A stretch of DNA of 62,644 nt, counting the filler, from Choristocarpus tenellus KU-1152 (taxonomy: Eukaryota; Protista; Phaeophyceae): NCBI GenBank assembly GCA_964200185.2. It is 11 parts of 11 records of this genome, joined end to end, with 100 filler letters (N's around TTAATTAATTAA, not from the genome) between each part and the next. Parts side by side here need not be neighbours in the genome. Positions count along the whole stretch, not along the records: positions 1 to 7,062 come from CAXNAD020006763.1; positions 7,163 to 13,135 come from CAXNAD020009280.1; positions 13,236 to 24,891 come from CAXNAD020002203.1; 8 more parts are not named here. One strand, written 5' to 3'. Every line of letters begins with the position of its first letter. The stretch's first letter is position 1. This document shows positions 1 to 13,453 of this stretch, in pieces. The position numbers and the translations under genes are program-made. The notes beneath the pieces are model-generated. The model was not told the origin of the DNA, did not search any database, and saw only the letters and a program-made list of their open reading frames with translations.

Positions 1-134
1 ACACCTTGTACAGTTTCGTGATGTATTTTTCCGGGAGCGGGGGGATACTCCGCCCCCCCCCCCCCCCCACCCCGTAAACTATCCTACGTAGACAACCCCA
101 GTCCCAATCCCCAGTCTGTGTACACGAAACATAC

Positions 135-2365
135 CTCCAGCTGCAGAGGTCCTTCCCATTGATCCCCCTTTGCTCTGGATCCTGCCCCTGCCTCGCCTGA
201 CACTGGTGAGGCTCCTTGGCGTGCCTCTCTTAAGAAAAGTTGCACTTTTGCTAGCATCTTCTCTGCAGTTTCAGAATCCTGGAGGAAAAAGTAAAACAAC
301 AGAAAAGTAGAAGGCAGGGGGGGGGTGAGTGGAAACGGCAATAAAGATATTTTTCGTTGTCAGATTTGATCTATAAATATTGACACTAGCTTGGACCTTT
401 CACTAAGAAATGAGTTGAAAAGCCGAGTTTTGCTCTCTTTTGTGGATCCCGGGGGGGGGAGTCGCCATTCTAAGACACACTGAAGTCAACAACGCCTGTC
501 CAAGGAATGACACACACAGAATGGATGAGACATGGCTCGTTTTGTCCAATAAGAATACCTTTTTGGTGTCAAAATTGCACTCAAGGGTTAGGGTTAGAAA
601 AAGGGAAGAGAGGATCATACGAAAAGGCATTCGAGGACAACCGTACTAAGAGAGGTACAGTATTTTTTAAAAAGGTACTGTAGAGCAAAATAATATCTAG
701 GTCGTGACAGTAGAGCACGGGGGAATAGTTCACTTCAAGCGAAAAAAGCAAGAGGAGGTCCACCACAACAGTCATTCACAGTTCAAGAGAGTTTATGCAG
801 ATAACGAGAAGAGCATCAATTAAAAAAAACCAGCAAAAATAGAGCATTAGTAGAGTGAGTTCATGACTACCATAAAAAAAACAACAACAAAGGAGACGAG
901 AAAAAAAAATGTCTTTGAAATATTCAAGGCTCTGAGATGATGCCTTGCGAAAGGTGGCAGAAGATTTTTTTTTTTTTAATAACCTCGACAAGGTACGTCT
1001 TGATCTTTTTTTTTCTCCCTTTCTTTCTTTCTCCGGTAGAGCATCTCAGAAGACTATCTCCCAGCATACTGAGCGGCAGATCCTTCTCGGAAAGAAGAGC
1101 TTTCTACTGAGGTAGAGAAACCCAGTCGTAGATTTTACTCTATAAGTTATAAAATACATCTCGCGATTAAAACAAAATAAAAATAAATATATATATTTAC
1201 GGCCGGTTTGGTCAAAGAATCGGATTTTTTAAAAGTGCTCATTTGCGTTAAAAAAAAAATCTTCACCGGATTTCTCCACTCCAATTAAAAAATAGTATCT
1301 AAAAAAAAAAAACTCGACCGGATGGATATCTCGACTCCGATTTCAAAATCAAAAGATGGGCCATGTTTTGCTATTCTGGGGCGTGGGCCGCCGAGGTATG
1401 CTTGCAAGGCATAGATACCCGCCAACAGCAACATGCAGACAAACACAAAACACAATTGCAAGGCTCAGCCCATGCTACACTACAGGTGCCCAAGGAGATT
1501 AAAAAAACAACAGTTTCAAAACCCCCATGCGGTAACCCCACGCATTGAACATCAAAACTGTCAAAGTTTCCATTTAGGTCGCAATCTGATACTGGAAAGC
1601 CTTGAAGAGAGGCCACACGGTGTTGTCTGTGAATTGTACCTTCTCTGTTCATCTTGCCTCACGCTGGACTCTACCCTGCATGGTGTTTGAAAAATGTTTC
1701 TTGACATTCAGACAGGGTTCGCGACACATTCCCTATATTGCCACAATGACACCTACAATGCTCTAGTCTCGTGTCCAACCAACCAACCAACCAACCAACC
1801 AACCCGACCCCCGGCGTTGTGCAAGCACACTCAAAACACCTGCACACAAACAATCCCAACCCCTCATAAGCCGTTAGGTGCAACAATACCTTGCTCTAGC
1901 CCTAACCCTAACCTGGAAAGTATAGAAAGCGTACGTGTTGCCCTGATTATCCTCCAGCACCAAAGTCGCCACATCCCTCGCCCCTGTGTGCACAGAATAA
2001 TGAGTTCCGCTCCTTGAACTCCCTCTCACCCTATGCTCGCCCTCCTCTTCTTCTTTGACCCCGCCACCAACGAACCTGTCCTGTAGGCTTTCTACCTCCC
2101 CCTCAAGCTGAGCGCCGTCCCCTGGTCTGTCTGTTGCCAATCGACCTTCCCCTTCCCCTTCCCCTGACTTACTACCGCTGCTTGCTTCAAGCTTGCAAAA
2201 GAAGAAGCACCTTCTTTTTTTTTTGGTCCCTGAGCAATGCTCTTTGCAGTGAGAGGATGAACGGGTATGCCTGGTCACCTCCTTTTGCAGGTGAGCATCA
2301 GCAATTTCGAAACTGTAGGACTTCTATATATATATATATATTGGTAATATGACAAGACAAAGCAC

Positions 2366-2399
<34 letters not shown>

Positions 2400-3871
2400 C
2401 AAGGGGAGGCATGATGGGAGGAGGCAAGTATACCCCCTCCACAGGAAGAGCGGGAGGGACACGTGAGGAGGAAGAGTAAGGATGGCGTCAACAGCAGGAA
2501 GGTGGAGGTGAAATAGGTGTGTGAGGGGGGGGACGCAACCCAAAACATCCAAAACTCGTATCTCTCAGGGTGTTTGAAGCGGTGGGCTGCAGGCCAGAAA
2601 CTCAGGTACTCTATTGATGTAATGTTTTTATTCAGTCAAGGTGAGAATTATATAGTATGACATTGCGGCTTTGCCCTGCATTGGACAGGAAATATGACGG
2701 TCTGGTCTCTGTGGAAGCAAGTATGTGCACAACCCTGGATCTGAACAATGAGAGTCACTTGGTAAAGGTGGTCCACTTGGGGAGGATTTGTACAAAGTGT
2801 TCCGCTCGATGTCTCGGAAATCAAGATACAACAGGTGGAAAGTGTTAGCCATTGAGGGTCTACTGAAATACGATGCTGGCGTAGCTCAGCCCTACTGTAT
2901 ATTGTACTTGGGAGGTGTCGGACAGAGAACATCCTCTAGCAAGGGGTTCACTTCTCTCTAGAAGAGCTAATATCGCAGAAAAAAAGAACACTCTGCTGAA
3001 AAAACACAACCATGGGAACCTCCAGAACATATGTTGTGTGTGCTGGTCTGGTCGTACTGACAAAACCTGCTGCTACAGAAAAAATGCCCCTGACAAATAA
3101 TGGAAATAAAAGTAGTCTACAAGCCCACCTCATCGAAGAAGGTCAAGTCGAGCGCAGTACGGGTGGGTCTAACAATTAGGGAGCAATCGATATCTTCCAC
3201 ATGCACGCCTTGTGAAACTTCCACTTCGTTGTCAGGCAAAATAGCGTGTCGAGTGCAATAAAGCGAAGCCTGGTAGGGTAGATAAAGCGATGGGTGATTC
3301 GTGGGTTGATGTAGATTACAAAGGAATTTTTTATCACTCCTGCTAGGAAGTTTGGGTTAGAAGATGACCGCTTGCCCAAAAATACACTGGCAAGCGAGAA
3401 GGTTGACAATCGAAACCATTAACAAGGAGTCCAGTCTCGACAAACCTTGGGATGCCTGGCATCGAGAAGCCAGAAAATAAGAGCCAGCAGAAACGAAAGC
3501 CCCACGCCACGTAGGACCTTGACCTGGCGGGTTCTTATCACAACCTAATTGACATAGCAATGAAATTATTTAGAGTATCAGTGGAAGGACCATTGGTAGG
3601 TGGGATTACTCCAGGATCTCCTAAACACAATAAGGTTGGGGGATCTTTGCCAATCTGGAGTCTGATGACCCGAAACCAACAACAGCACATTGTTCCATAG
3701 TCTCTCGAAAGGCAGCATCGCCATTTTCTATCCACATTGACCACATGGGACAAGGGAACAAAGTAAAGGGGGAGCTAAAACCAGGTTCAAAACAGGTACC
3801 TTCTTGAGATAACATGTATTGGTCTCTCATTGGTTGCCTACCTTGGAATGAGTCTTTTCAATGACCTCCAT
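135..3871 (-). CDS. Spliced gene of unknown function with an N-terminal hydrophobic (TM/signal-anchor) segment; 3' end runs off the contig
   Basis: Phase-0 compatible GT-AG exons read manually: 3871-3842 (MEVIEKTHSK), 3523-3446 (VKVLRGVGLSFLLALIFWLLDARHPK), 3269-3129 (ASLYCTRHAILPDNEVEV...LDLTFFDE), 2191-2030 (acidic/Gly-rich), 278-135 (DSETAEKMLAKVQ...WEGPLQLE). A further exon near 2430-2560 is possible. No family recognised. Confidence 0.6.
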
Positions 3872-4146
3872 GTCCAAGCCTGGGACGTCGCACAAAACCT
3901 TTCGCCACTCTAGCTCTCAAAAATTCTCATCTGCAGGTTGATTTCCCAAAATTCCACAACACATACTTCAACTCTTTCGTTGAGAAAGAAAGGTGGAGGT
4001 TGGGATTCACAAATATTTTCATGGAACGTGGAAGAAACCCTCAAGTAAGGCCTACGTAATATTTAGGTACTCCCAAATTGAGACATACCAACCCTACATC
4101 AGTTTGCTTGCCTACGAGGTGCCCTACCCTTGTTTCCCTGGAAAGG
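3872..4146. promoter_or_regulatory. Putative bidirectional promoter / 5' UTR region
   Basis: Only 275 bp separate the divergent start codons at 3871(-) and 4147(+). Confidence 0.45.
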
Positions 4147-6592
4147 ATGGGAAAGAAGAAGGGTGGAGGTGGTAAACAGGGTGTCGGTAAGCAGGAGGCC
4201 AAAGAACTCAAGAAAAAAAAGCAGGAGGAAAAGGCCAATAAGGCTGCCAAGAAGCGAAGTGGCAAGGTGTGTTTCTGTGTTGCACCAATCCTCTGCCGGG
4301 GTTTTGAGTGCACAGCATGCAATCAATAATCCCTATACGCGCGCACGATAATCTCTGGTATAGTGCCCCAATAAAAAGGAAAATGAGGAAGAAACGAAGA
4401 GGAAATTGGGTTCGTATGAACTCGAAGACCATGCATAGGATGCAATGCATCAAGAGGTATGGTGATTTCGAAACCTGTGAACAAGCTAGGCTTCACGTGC
4501 GAAAGGTAGACAAGGGAAAAGATTCATCTGTTGGCCTTTGAAGTACAGCTTGGGGAGGAACTTGATTGAAGACTGCATAGAGTAGAATGAGACGGCCCCG
4601 ATCTTCGATGGTATGACTATGTAGCGAGGTACGTGAAGCAAGTTTTTAGAGCTAACGTGCATCAAATTCGAGTACAGAGCATCGATCTGCCGTCTCCTCA
4701 CTGCCTGAATGAGGAGAATCATAGTACCCGGAAACCTCCATACGCATGACGAGAAAAGCAGCAACTGCTATATAACCTTACACTTGCCAAGCTTTTGAGA
4801 GATGGTGCGGAACAGCACATCCTCGCAAAGCAACAATTTCTAATTGTTTGCCCTTCTGCCCACGAAGCATGTTATTGACTCTCCTGTGTCGACTGTACCC
4901 CCAAAATAACCATCATCCCCCGATGAAGAGACGGTAATCCGCCCTCTTACTCAACGAGTCTCCTGTACTTCAAGTATTTCCTGAATCCTTTCCCTCGCCA
5001 TCTTCACCCCAAATCCGATTCCCTCGCGATAAGTACCTGCACCCACCCGATCTTTTAGCTGGTATTACCACCTCCAACCACTTTAACCGTTTGCTGAACC
5101 TACAGGATGCTCGTGAGGCTGGGGAGGATGACATCGAGTCTATCCTTGCAGAGATACTCAAGAAAGAAGAGTCAAAGACAGCGGTAAGCTTGCCTTCCCT
5201 GGTGCTTTCCAGGGTGTCTCCACTGCCGTAAGAAATAATGTGAGGTTGGGGATTCTTTGCTTGAAATTGCAATTGGGACCATCTGCTTTGTCGAAATGGA
5301 CTTGTGACCGAGATGGGGATGGTTGGTCTTCGACACTTCAATCAACAGTGTAAATTCACATTGCTGTTCTCTAGAGGGTGTAATTTGAGCCTCAAATAAG
5401 TGATGGATCTCAAAACCGTACAACTGTCACTTTGAGCTTTGGGTACACGCAACCTTGCTAATTGGTTGGCGAAGTATCTCCACTAGTCTTAGTCCTGTGT
5501 AAGAGTCATCGAGGTCACATTATGACAGATGTGCTGAGTCCATTATGCCTTCAACTACCCCCTCTGCTCTTGATTCCTTTTGTGTAGAACTGTTGATTCC
5601 TTTTCATCCCTCACATGCTGGACCTATGAATCACTTCTTGCCAACATTGCGGAAAGGTCCAATTTTTTGGGGACTTGCCTGTGGTACTCGTTTTTTTTCT
5701 TGTAACATAATCTTGCGAACGTAACCTTCAAGAGTTACATTTAAAAAAAATCACCATTGCCCTTCATTCTAATGTATGTCGTGTCTTCTACTTCTCTTTG
5801 TAACCGCTGTGCATTGTTTCTCTGCTTGGTCTGGACTCCCTCCATCCCCACTACGTCTCTAAAATCCTCTCTTTTCTATCACCCATTGACCATGTATGTA
5901 CCCAGATTGATGCTCCGATGTTGCCGACTATACCTACACAGAGGTATACGTGGTTGTGCGTTGTAAGCATCACCAGCAGTGGCCAACATCTATTTTTCGT
6001 ACACGAAGAAAAGGCCCTTCCCTTGATTATAGTGGTTGTCCTGCTCGCAGTCTCATCTGCAGTGGCACCTATGTTGTTGATGGCTTCTTCTGTACACATA
6101 GGTACAAATAAACAAATGAAACATGAAAATAGAGTGCACTACACAGGGGGTTAAAGGTCAGCGTCCACTTGAAAACACCCCAAGAGTGTGTAACTCTCAG
6201 TATGACTCACGACTCACCTTGTATCTCTTGTCCTCCGCCTCCATCCCTTTTTGGAACACCCAACAATTTTCCCTGTGACCTCATAAATGTAATGCCCTGT
6301 TGTGCTGCCCTCGGCATTACTAGCCACATCGAGTCTCTACTCAATCAGCACCTCCAATCTATTCCTTCAGCGCATAACAGATCGTTGAAAATCAGTGTGT
6401 CACACCTCCCTCTGCGATGATCTTGTGCGACCATGTTCCTGTGTGATTGAAGGTGACAGTTACATCTTGTGAGTCTCCCCCTTGTCCTCGAGCAAATTTT
6501 ACCGTGACCTCTCTACCAAGTGGAGATATCATGCTATTTGGAGGGGAATACTTCGATGGCCAGGACACCACCTGCTACAACGAACTCTATAG
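4147..6592 (+). CDS. KLHDC4: Kelch domain-containing protein 4-like, 5' exons
   Basis: Exons 4147-4266 (MGKKKGGGG...KKRSGK), 5106-5183 (DAREAGEDDIESILAEILKKEESKTA) and 6453-6592 (VTVTSCESPPCPRANFTVTSLPSGDIMLFGGEYFDGQDTTCYNELY). These match the Lys-rich N-terminus, EDI..IL helix and P.PR.N...LFGGEYF.G...YNELY motif of KLHDC4/Kel3. All junctions are GT-AG and in phase. Confidence 0.9.
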
Positions 6593-7062
6593 GTGACAAT
6601 CCTTTCTTCAACAGTTGCATTTACAGTTATATTCAAGCACGTGTATACAAGGGGAATGCTCACAAGGGTAGCACTGGGCTCCGTAACGGGTGTAGTGTTT
6701 GGCCTCCATGATGTCAAACATGTCTGTGAATTGTCATCTCCAGAGTGAAACAGGCGTGCTGAGTCTGATTAATCAGTGTCCCCCTCTAGCTTGGGAGCTG
6801 TTGGCATGAAGAGTCAAACTCTTGAGGTGAAGAGGAGCGCAGAAGCAGGCCATGGTAGTTTTAAGGTTGAGAAGTTTTAACCCCACAAAAGGGATGGAAG
6901 TCGCCTCAGGGACGATGAAACTGCCACAAAAAATTAAATATTTCACCTGCAAAAATGATACCGACATGTAAGAATGATACAATACATGTGTGAGTGCCCC
7001 CCCCCCCCCCCCCCACCCCCCCCCCCCCCCACCCACCCCCCAGCCCCACCCCCTGCCACCCC

Positions 7063-7162
7063 NNNNNNNNNNNNNNNNNNNNNNNNNNNNNNNNNNNNNN
7101 NNNNNNTTAATTAATTAANNNNNNNNNNNNNNNNNNNNNNNNNNNNNNNNNNNNNNNNNNNN
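7063..7162. other. Artificial contig spacer (also at 13136, 24892, 29115, 33982, 39237, 46343, 49366, 53783, 59248)
   Basis: Identical N44-TTAATTAATTAA-N44 six-frame-stop linker, ten times. Confidence 0.99.
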
Positions 7163-7200
7163 CCCCCTAACCCTAACCTGACCTAAACACCACCCTCCAC

Positions 7201-10163
7201 CTGGTCATGAAGGTTAGCCATCAGCTCTCGGGCTATGCCTCCCCTGCGCCACTCTGGCAGTACTGCCAAGGAAGTCACATGCCCCATGGAGGTTATTGTC
7301 CCACCCCCACCAGCACTGCCACCTGCTATACTTGACCTTGAGCTAGGAGCAGTTTTCTCCATGCTCCCCAGGACATACCCCACTACCTTGGACTCTCCTG
7401 TGGGCTGGGAATTTTTGTATGATTGAGTCAGTGTTCAAGTGGAGGAATAAGACATTCATCTTGGGTTAGGGATAGGGTAAGGGTAAGGGTTAGGGTTGGA
7501 GTTGTGAGTGAACACAATAGGATATCATACCCTTACTCTTTAGTTTCCCAGTAGTATATTTTTGAAACCTGTTTATCTTTTGTTCTACAAAATCCTTGAA
7601 AAAATCCTTGAAAAAATTAGAAAAATTTAGCACAAGACTTTTGTCAAATTAGGCACAGGCCTAACCCAAACCTGACTCAGCCAGGCAGTGGAGGCAACGA
7701 CAATACTGGTGGAATCCTAACAGTACTCTCCCCTTGTACCCAAACAAGAACAAGAGACGTAACTGTCAGATCTATGACCCCATCAGAAAATAATTCATCC
7801 ACACATCAACTTGTGCTGTACAAGCAGCTCCCAGCAATAAATATACTCTTTTCAAACATCCCTACCTCTTTATCTTCACCCTAAACCTAAATATAACCCA
7901 AAGCTAAACCTAACCCTAAGTAGACCCTCAAGCAGCCCCAGAGTCGAAGCCAGGGAGCTGCCCAACCTTTTTAAACAATTCTTAAACATTTTCTTAAACA
8001 TTTTCTTAAACATTTTCTTAAACATTTTCTTAAACATTTTCTTAAACATTTTCAGGGGGCAGAGCATTCACATGCGCACCAGTTGACACCTCAAGTATTT
8101 TCGTCCTACATTCATGTAGCATGGTGATGCCATCTTATTATTATCATATTATTATTATTTATTATTATTTCTACCACAAAGTACTGCGTACTATTAAAAA
8201 CTCTGTGCAGGACTAACACTATTATGAACACTATTATTATTATTATTATTATTAATATTATTATTATTGACAGTAGTAGTACTTCGAAACCATACACTCC
8301 CTAGATGCTGCCATACACTCCAAGGGGTAGCTATGTTATTCAACTCTATAGAAACGCATAGAGCCCTCACCAGCAGTGATACCACCAGAGCACAATGACA
8401 ACAATGACAACTAAATAACTCTGTCCTAAAAATGTATGCAACATCTCAACACACCTCTCAAAAAAAAAAACTTCAACGTTGAGGCCCTTGTGGGCAGAAA
8501 TTCCTCTCCAACATAGATGTCCATGCGTACAACACCATTTGAAATTAACCTCCAATCATAAAGGATAAAAGATCCTCCAAAAAAGCTTTGCGGCTGTCTC
8601 CACATAGTTCCTCAACATACCATGAGTTGCTCAACATACCATGAGTTGCTCAACATACCATGGGCGCGCTCATAGTTGCCACAAGCAAGAAAGCTCACCC
8701 TTAACCAACCCCCTTTACACCTCAACAAAGACCGCCTGCATGTGCACAATCTGTCATACTCTTCCTCTTCACCTGCACTATCTGGAGGACTTTCTTTTTT
8801 TTTGTTCCTCGGAGGGCATGGTCCCATCCATAAACATCATTGGTGAGGAGTCTCACCAGCGCACTCAAAACAAGCAGTACACCTTTCAAAAACGTACCAT
8901 CGTCTCATGGCACTGCCTGATGGGTGTGGACATGCCTTTCAAAAACGTACCATCATCTCATAGCACTGCCTGATGGGTGTGGACATGCCTTTCAAAAACG
9001 TACCAACATCTCATAGCACTGCCTGATGGGTGTGGACATGCCTTTCGCAAATGTACCATCATCTCATAGCACTGCCTGATGGGTGTGGACATGACTTGAG
9101 GCCAATCCAATGCAACAATTTTCATTTTTTTTAAGTCTCAAACGCTGCAAATCGTACAAAAAATACCCCCACAGGGCATAAATCGTGTTTATAGTTTTAT
9201 GGTAATAATATTATCATTTGACTACCATTAAGGCTTCACTGTTGAGAAGTACTTCACATGCGACCCCCATAGCATACATACCAAATAATAAAAATATTGG
9301 AGTTGTTGCCTCTAAGTTAAGGCAGGAGGTTCATACCATCTCTACTGCCACTACTGTTTTGAACACTGCCAGAAAGTTATTACATCCCTTCATGACATAC
9401 ATGGTTGCATTATTAGGTATGGTTGCATTAGGAATTGATAGGTACATACTTCCTTCTCATCAGGGCATCGAAGTAATGGGAAAATCAGATCAAAGAACAA
9501 CAGAAGACATCGCCCCGGGAAGGCGTTATCCCTCAAAATGAAAAACACATCATTTTCAAACAAACAAACAAACAAACAAACAAAAAAATTGAAGTCAGTG
9601 TCAAAACAAAAAACGATTCTCTCAAAATAAAAAACTAAAATGGACTGCCCCCGAGTTATCCTCGTCCTGTCACAAGCGCCAACACACACAAACACACACA
9701 AACACACAAATTATTTACATAAAAGAACGTATAAGATACAAATAATAAGATACAAATAATAATAATAGCAACAAAAGAAATAGCGTTGTGAACCAAAAAA
9801 TCATTTTTTTGGTCAAAGATAAACCGGCTCGAGAAATTTCGATTCGTTCTTATTTATTATTATTATTCAACTATCAGGGCATGAGGAGGCGTGCGTAACG
9901 CACGTGCAGATCACCGAGCCGCACAGGGAGCCTGGAGGGGAAAAAACTCCAAGGCCTCCACAGGTCTCGTCAGGCAGATCCGAATCCATGAACAGAGAAG
10001 TATATAGAGAGCTGTGGTTTTAATAGTGATACCCTTGACTTTATCACAAATGCGCAATATGTGACCTCTGACATATTCAGCAATATCGGGGCACTACTCT
10101 TCTCTTTGTGATTATTTTTTCTCTTTCACTTGAAAAAAAAATCCCAGAACTTTTTCAGCTCAG

Positions 10164-10194
<31 letters not shown>

Positions 10195-12007
10195 AAAATT
10201 TTTTTTATTCCCATTTTTTCAATCGTACTGAGAAGGCAATGGCGCCGTCGCAGTTCTCAACGATAAAAAAAAATGAACAAATAAAATAAAAATAAAACAA
10301 AAATATTAATAAAAATAATAAAAATAATAAGAATAAAAATAAAAATAACATTCTCACATCGTCGATCGTGTGTTCAGCTACCAAAGCCAGCTGCGGCCAA
10401 TTAGCCAAGTGATTCTCGTAGAACTTTTCGTGTATTCACCGCCATCGAAGGTGAAAGGGAGTCAGTCAGTCCCATCCGTCACCGCAACAAGCGTAACAGC
10501 AAGCATAACAGCAGAGTGTCCAGCATCCACAGCAGATGAATTATATTTTCCCAGTCAACAATGACGAGAGGCCATGGGGAAGACATCCAACAACATCAAG
10601 TTAAGAGGTCACGGGGGGGGGGGGGGGGCAATTTCTTTTTTTTTTTTTCCTGAAAAATGCTGCTTCTTNNNNNNNNNNAAAAAAAAGCAGAAGAAAAGAA
10701 ACACACAAACAAAAAAAAAAAAAGGGGGGGGGGGGGGGGGAGGGGGGGGGGGGCTTTATGTTTTTATTTTTTTTAAACATATTGTGGTCTTTACAATATG
10801 TATATATATATATAGATACATTTATGCATGGTATATTTTAGGATGACCATTTTGTCGACATTTCATCGCAGGGCATAGTAGGGGCAGTCCTCACCGTAGG
10901 TATCCTCCTCACCTGTTCAGTTTGGTAGATGAATTGCGTTGACACGACCTATGTACGCATTGATTGCTCGTGTGATTTGGGTAGATTGAAGGGTTTGGGT
11001 AGGTTTTTGCTCATAGAAGTAACCATATTGACTGGGGCTAGGATGTGTAATGCCTCCCACAAAATGGTAAAACCATTGGAGTGCTTAAGGAATCAACACT
11101 GCCCAAGAGCAACCTCAAATCAGCGTTGTGGGTTGAAACATGCGTATAGTACAGGAAGTAAGGCATACAAGGCACTCACCGCCATTGCCCCTCCACAAGG
11201 AAATTTCCACCAGAGAGCGCAGCAAGTGTACAAGTGAAAATTTTAAAAACGATCGCATCTGGCCGCTCAACTCTTTTTTTGTCAACTAGTTTTCATTCAG
11301 TTTAACTGAATTGAATAACTTCAGTAACTGCAATTCGCATCATTTTGCGACCAACGATTCAGTAAGCCCTAACACAACTAAGGCGTGTGTTGCATGTATC
11401 TCACACAAATGTCGAGAAACAAAAAGGTAGAGTGTGACGCAGGAAGACTGGGTCAGGATTGCTGACCCAGTTTGCTTTTCATAATCATTTCCATCCCGCA
11501 CACTATTCCTGTGGGATACACCAAATGCACACCATGTACAACAAGCGTACGTAATAGAGTACGTTACACAGTACGTTACACAGTACCTACAAAACATGCA
11601 CTTCCTGATAACCTACAAAATAAGTTCTGTTGCTCCCAGTACCGAGCAGAAGGAAATACCATGGGTGTTGCCCTGCGCAAATAACGACAGTCAGAAAGTC
11701 AGGAAGTTATTATTATTATTATAACGAAGCCATTGCTCTAACACTCGAGCTCTCTATCAGACAAAATTCATCCTCATACTACAGGAAAGAGTCAATCCAG
11801 CGCTGGAAAAAATCCATCCAACCTGCGCTGACCACATAATATAGTCACCTGGTGGGTGTAGTTCTCGGGAAGAGTTTTGAGGTTTAGTTTTGTGATTGCA
11901 CCGATGTCTCCCCGTCGAGCAAGGCGCACATATATATTTTGCTGCTCAGTCGTTGCGTGAGCGCGGAGAGCATAGAGGCACAGTAGGCGCGTGTGTTCCC
12001 GAATCAT
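7201..12007 (-). CDS. NAA10/ARD1-like GNAT N-acetyltransferase (partial)
   Basis: Exons 12007-11849 (...VRLARRGDIGAITKLNLKTLPENYTHQ), 10423-10358 (FYENHLANWPQLALVAEHTIDD) and 7404-7201 (PTGESKVVGYVLGSME...GHVTSLAVLPEWRRGGIARELM). These carry the NLxxLPENY, WPQL, VGYVL and GHxTSLAV..RR.G motifs of the NatA catalytic subunit family. Confidence 0.85.
7981..8052. repeat. 12-bp tandem repeat (CTTAAACATTTT)x6
   Basis: Exact tandem units visible in an intron. Confidence 0.95.
8884..9093. repeat. ~53-bp minisatellite, 4 units
   Basis: Near-identical units AAAACGTACCATCATCTCATAGCACTGCCTGATGGGTGTGGACATGCCTTTC. Confidence 0.95.
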
Positions 12008-13331
12008 CTGGGAAGGGGGGATAGAATGGTTGCAATTACATCGACCGTCCGTTCACCTGACAGTAAGTCATTGCCGTTGTTGCATATCAAATATCGCGGA
12101 ACTAATGACAAGACTATCAACAGGGATAGGGACTTTGACATGGGCATTTGCTACTTAACGAAACTAGGTTTGTAGATGGGAAATTTGGCACCTTTTAAAG
12201 ACCCAAGCTGTGTTTCCTCAACGACAAGGGTGTTTGGGGCTGACAATATTAGGTTGCCGACAGATGACACCTCGTGCCTCAATGGTCACATATTTGGGAT
12301 GTATCATCGAAGCTCATGTTGACATCTTCTGACATCGAGGTTGAAGTACGTACCTCACTTGACCCTATGAAAATGACTTGCTAGGAACCCCTGCATAGGA
12401 TTATCAGACCACTCAATCTTATGAATCCTAGTCGACGACAATCTGCGCCATCAACGTGAAGAGCGTTGGGTGTGACCAGTTGCGAGATAACACAAAAGTG
12501 TCAATACCTTAGAGGAACATGTCGTCGTCGATACAGAAGATTCAAGAATATGAGAGAGTGACACTTAACCGCCTATGATCACTATGACATAAGCATGAAT
12601 GGATCAGAATATACGAAGGGGAATAGACATCTCCTACGCAGAGATACAGTCTATGCTATACTTGTCGTGCAACAGGTGTATCATGCTATCATTCATGAAA
12701 ACTTTAGCGGAAGGTGAAGCGAGGAGTTGTGAAAGCCTAAACCAACGCCTACTTCGTACCATGGAACCTGGAGATGAGGCAGGCTAACTCTTTCCAAGTC
12801 AGGACCAGTACATTGGCCAAGAAGATAAGGTCATTTAGGAAAGTAGTGTCTCCATATATATACACTGCCTTCAACCTCGCGCATATCATCGTCTCCTTAC
12901 ACACGTCGCGCGTTGCTCGCAAAGAACAACAATCAAGATGTTGTAAATTCACAACTTTTACTTACTTGATCGTCTGTTGACAAGGTTTTGCATTATCCTT
13001 GATGTGGAAAGCATGTTTGTCTGTTGTTATACCGTATTGCTCGTATGTCATATACCGTTATGCCGTGGTACCGAGTGAGGTTCCGAGTCAAGAGTCCATG
13101 ATTTCACTGACGGACTTTTTCCTTTAGAATGAAACNNNNNNNNNNNNNNNNNNNNNNNNNNNNNNNNNNNNNNNNNNNNTTAATTAATTAANNNNNNNNN
13201 NNNNNNNNNNNNNNNNNNNNNNNNNNNNNNNNNNNTCCACTGTGTGCATAAGGGTGATTGCATGGACAGTGCGAAGCCTGCCTGGGACCTTCTTCTCCGC
13301 GGTGATGTTTACCCGCTCCAGGGTCTCCACC

Positions 13332-13453
13332 TGTTACTTTAATCACACGAAAACAAATCGTTGATAGGTACTCCCCTCATTCAACCCTTGTGTTGTATAG
13401 TACTGGTCTCTAAACAGATAAGACCCTATAGACTACCTAGCTTATAATGCACA
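13332..13453 (-). repeat. 122-bp Copia LTR, inverted copy
   Basis: Its reverse complement (TGTGCATTATAAGCTAGGTAGTCTATAG...AAAGTAACA) aligns end-to-end with the LTR at 16247-16368. TG...CA termini, same length. Confidence 0.85.

Noticed and set aside
7063-7162. Recurrent TTAATTAATTAA palindrome within N runs
   Set aside because: Artificial six-frame-stop contig linker. Adjacency across spacers has no biological meaning.
7163-7185. CCCTAA repeats at a contig start as a true telomere
   Set aside because: Only about 2 units, lying in an intron of the acetyltransferase gene, so it is interstitial.
7876-8297. ORFs such as (MFKK)n and poly-Ile, and most other 60-120-aa ORFs in the track
   Set aside because: Translations of microsatellites, MITEs or antisense frames of real exons.
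8884-9093. CRISPR-like appearance of the 53-bp array (and of the 56-bp array at 59477)
   Set aside because: Whole units are repeated with no unique spacers, no cas genes are present, and the context is eukaryotic.
12600-12990. Possible hAT transposase fragment (FLNDLIFLANVL)
   Set aside because: Too short and degraded; no second motif or TIR to support it.
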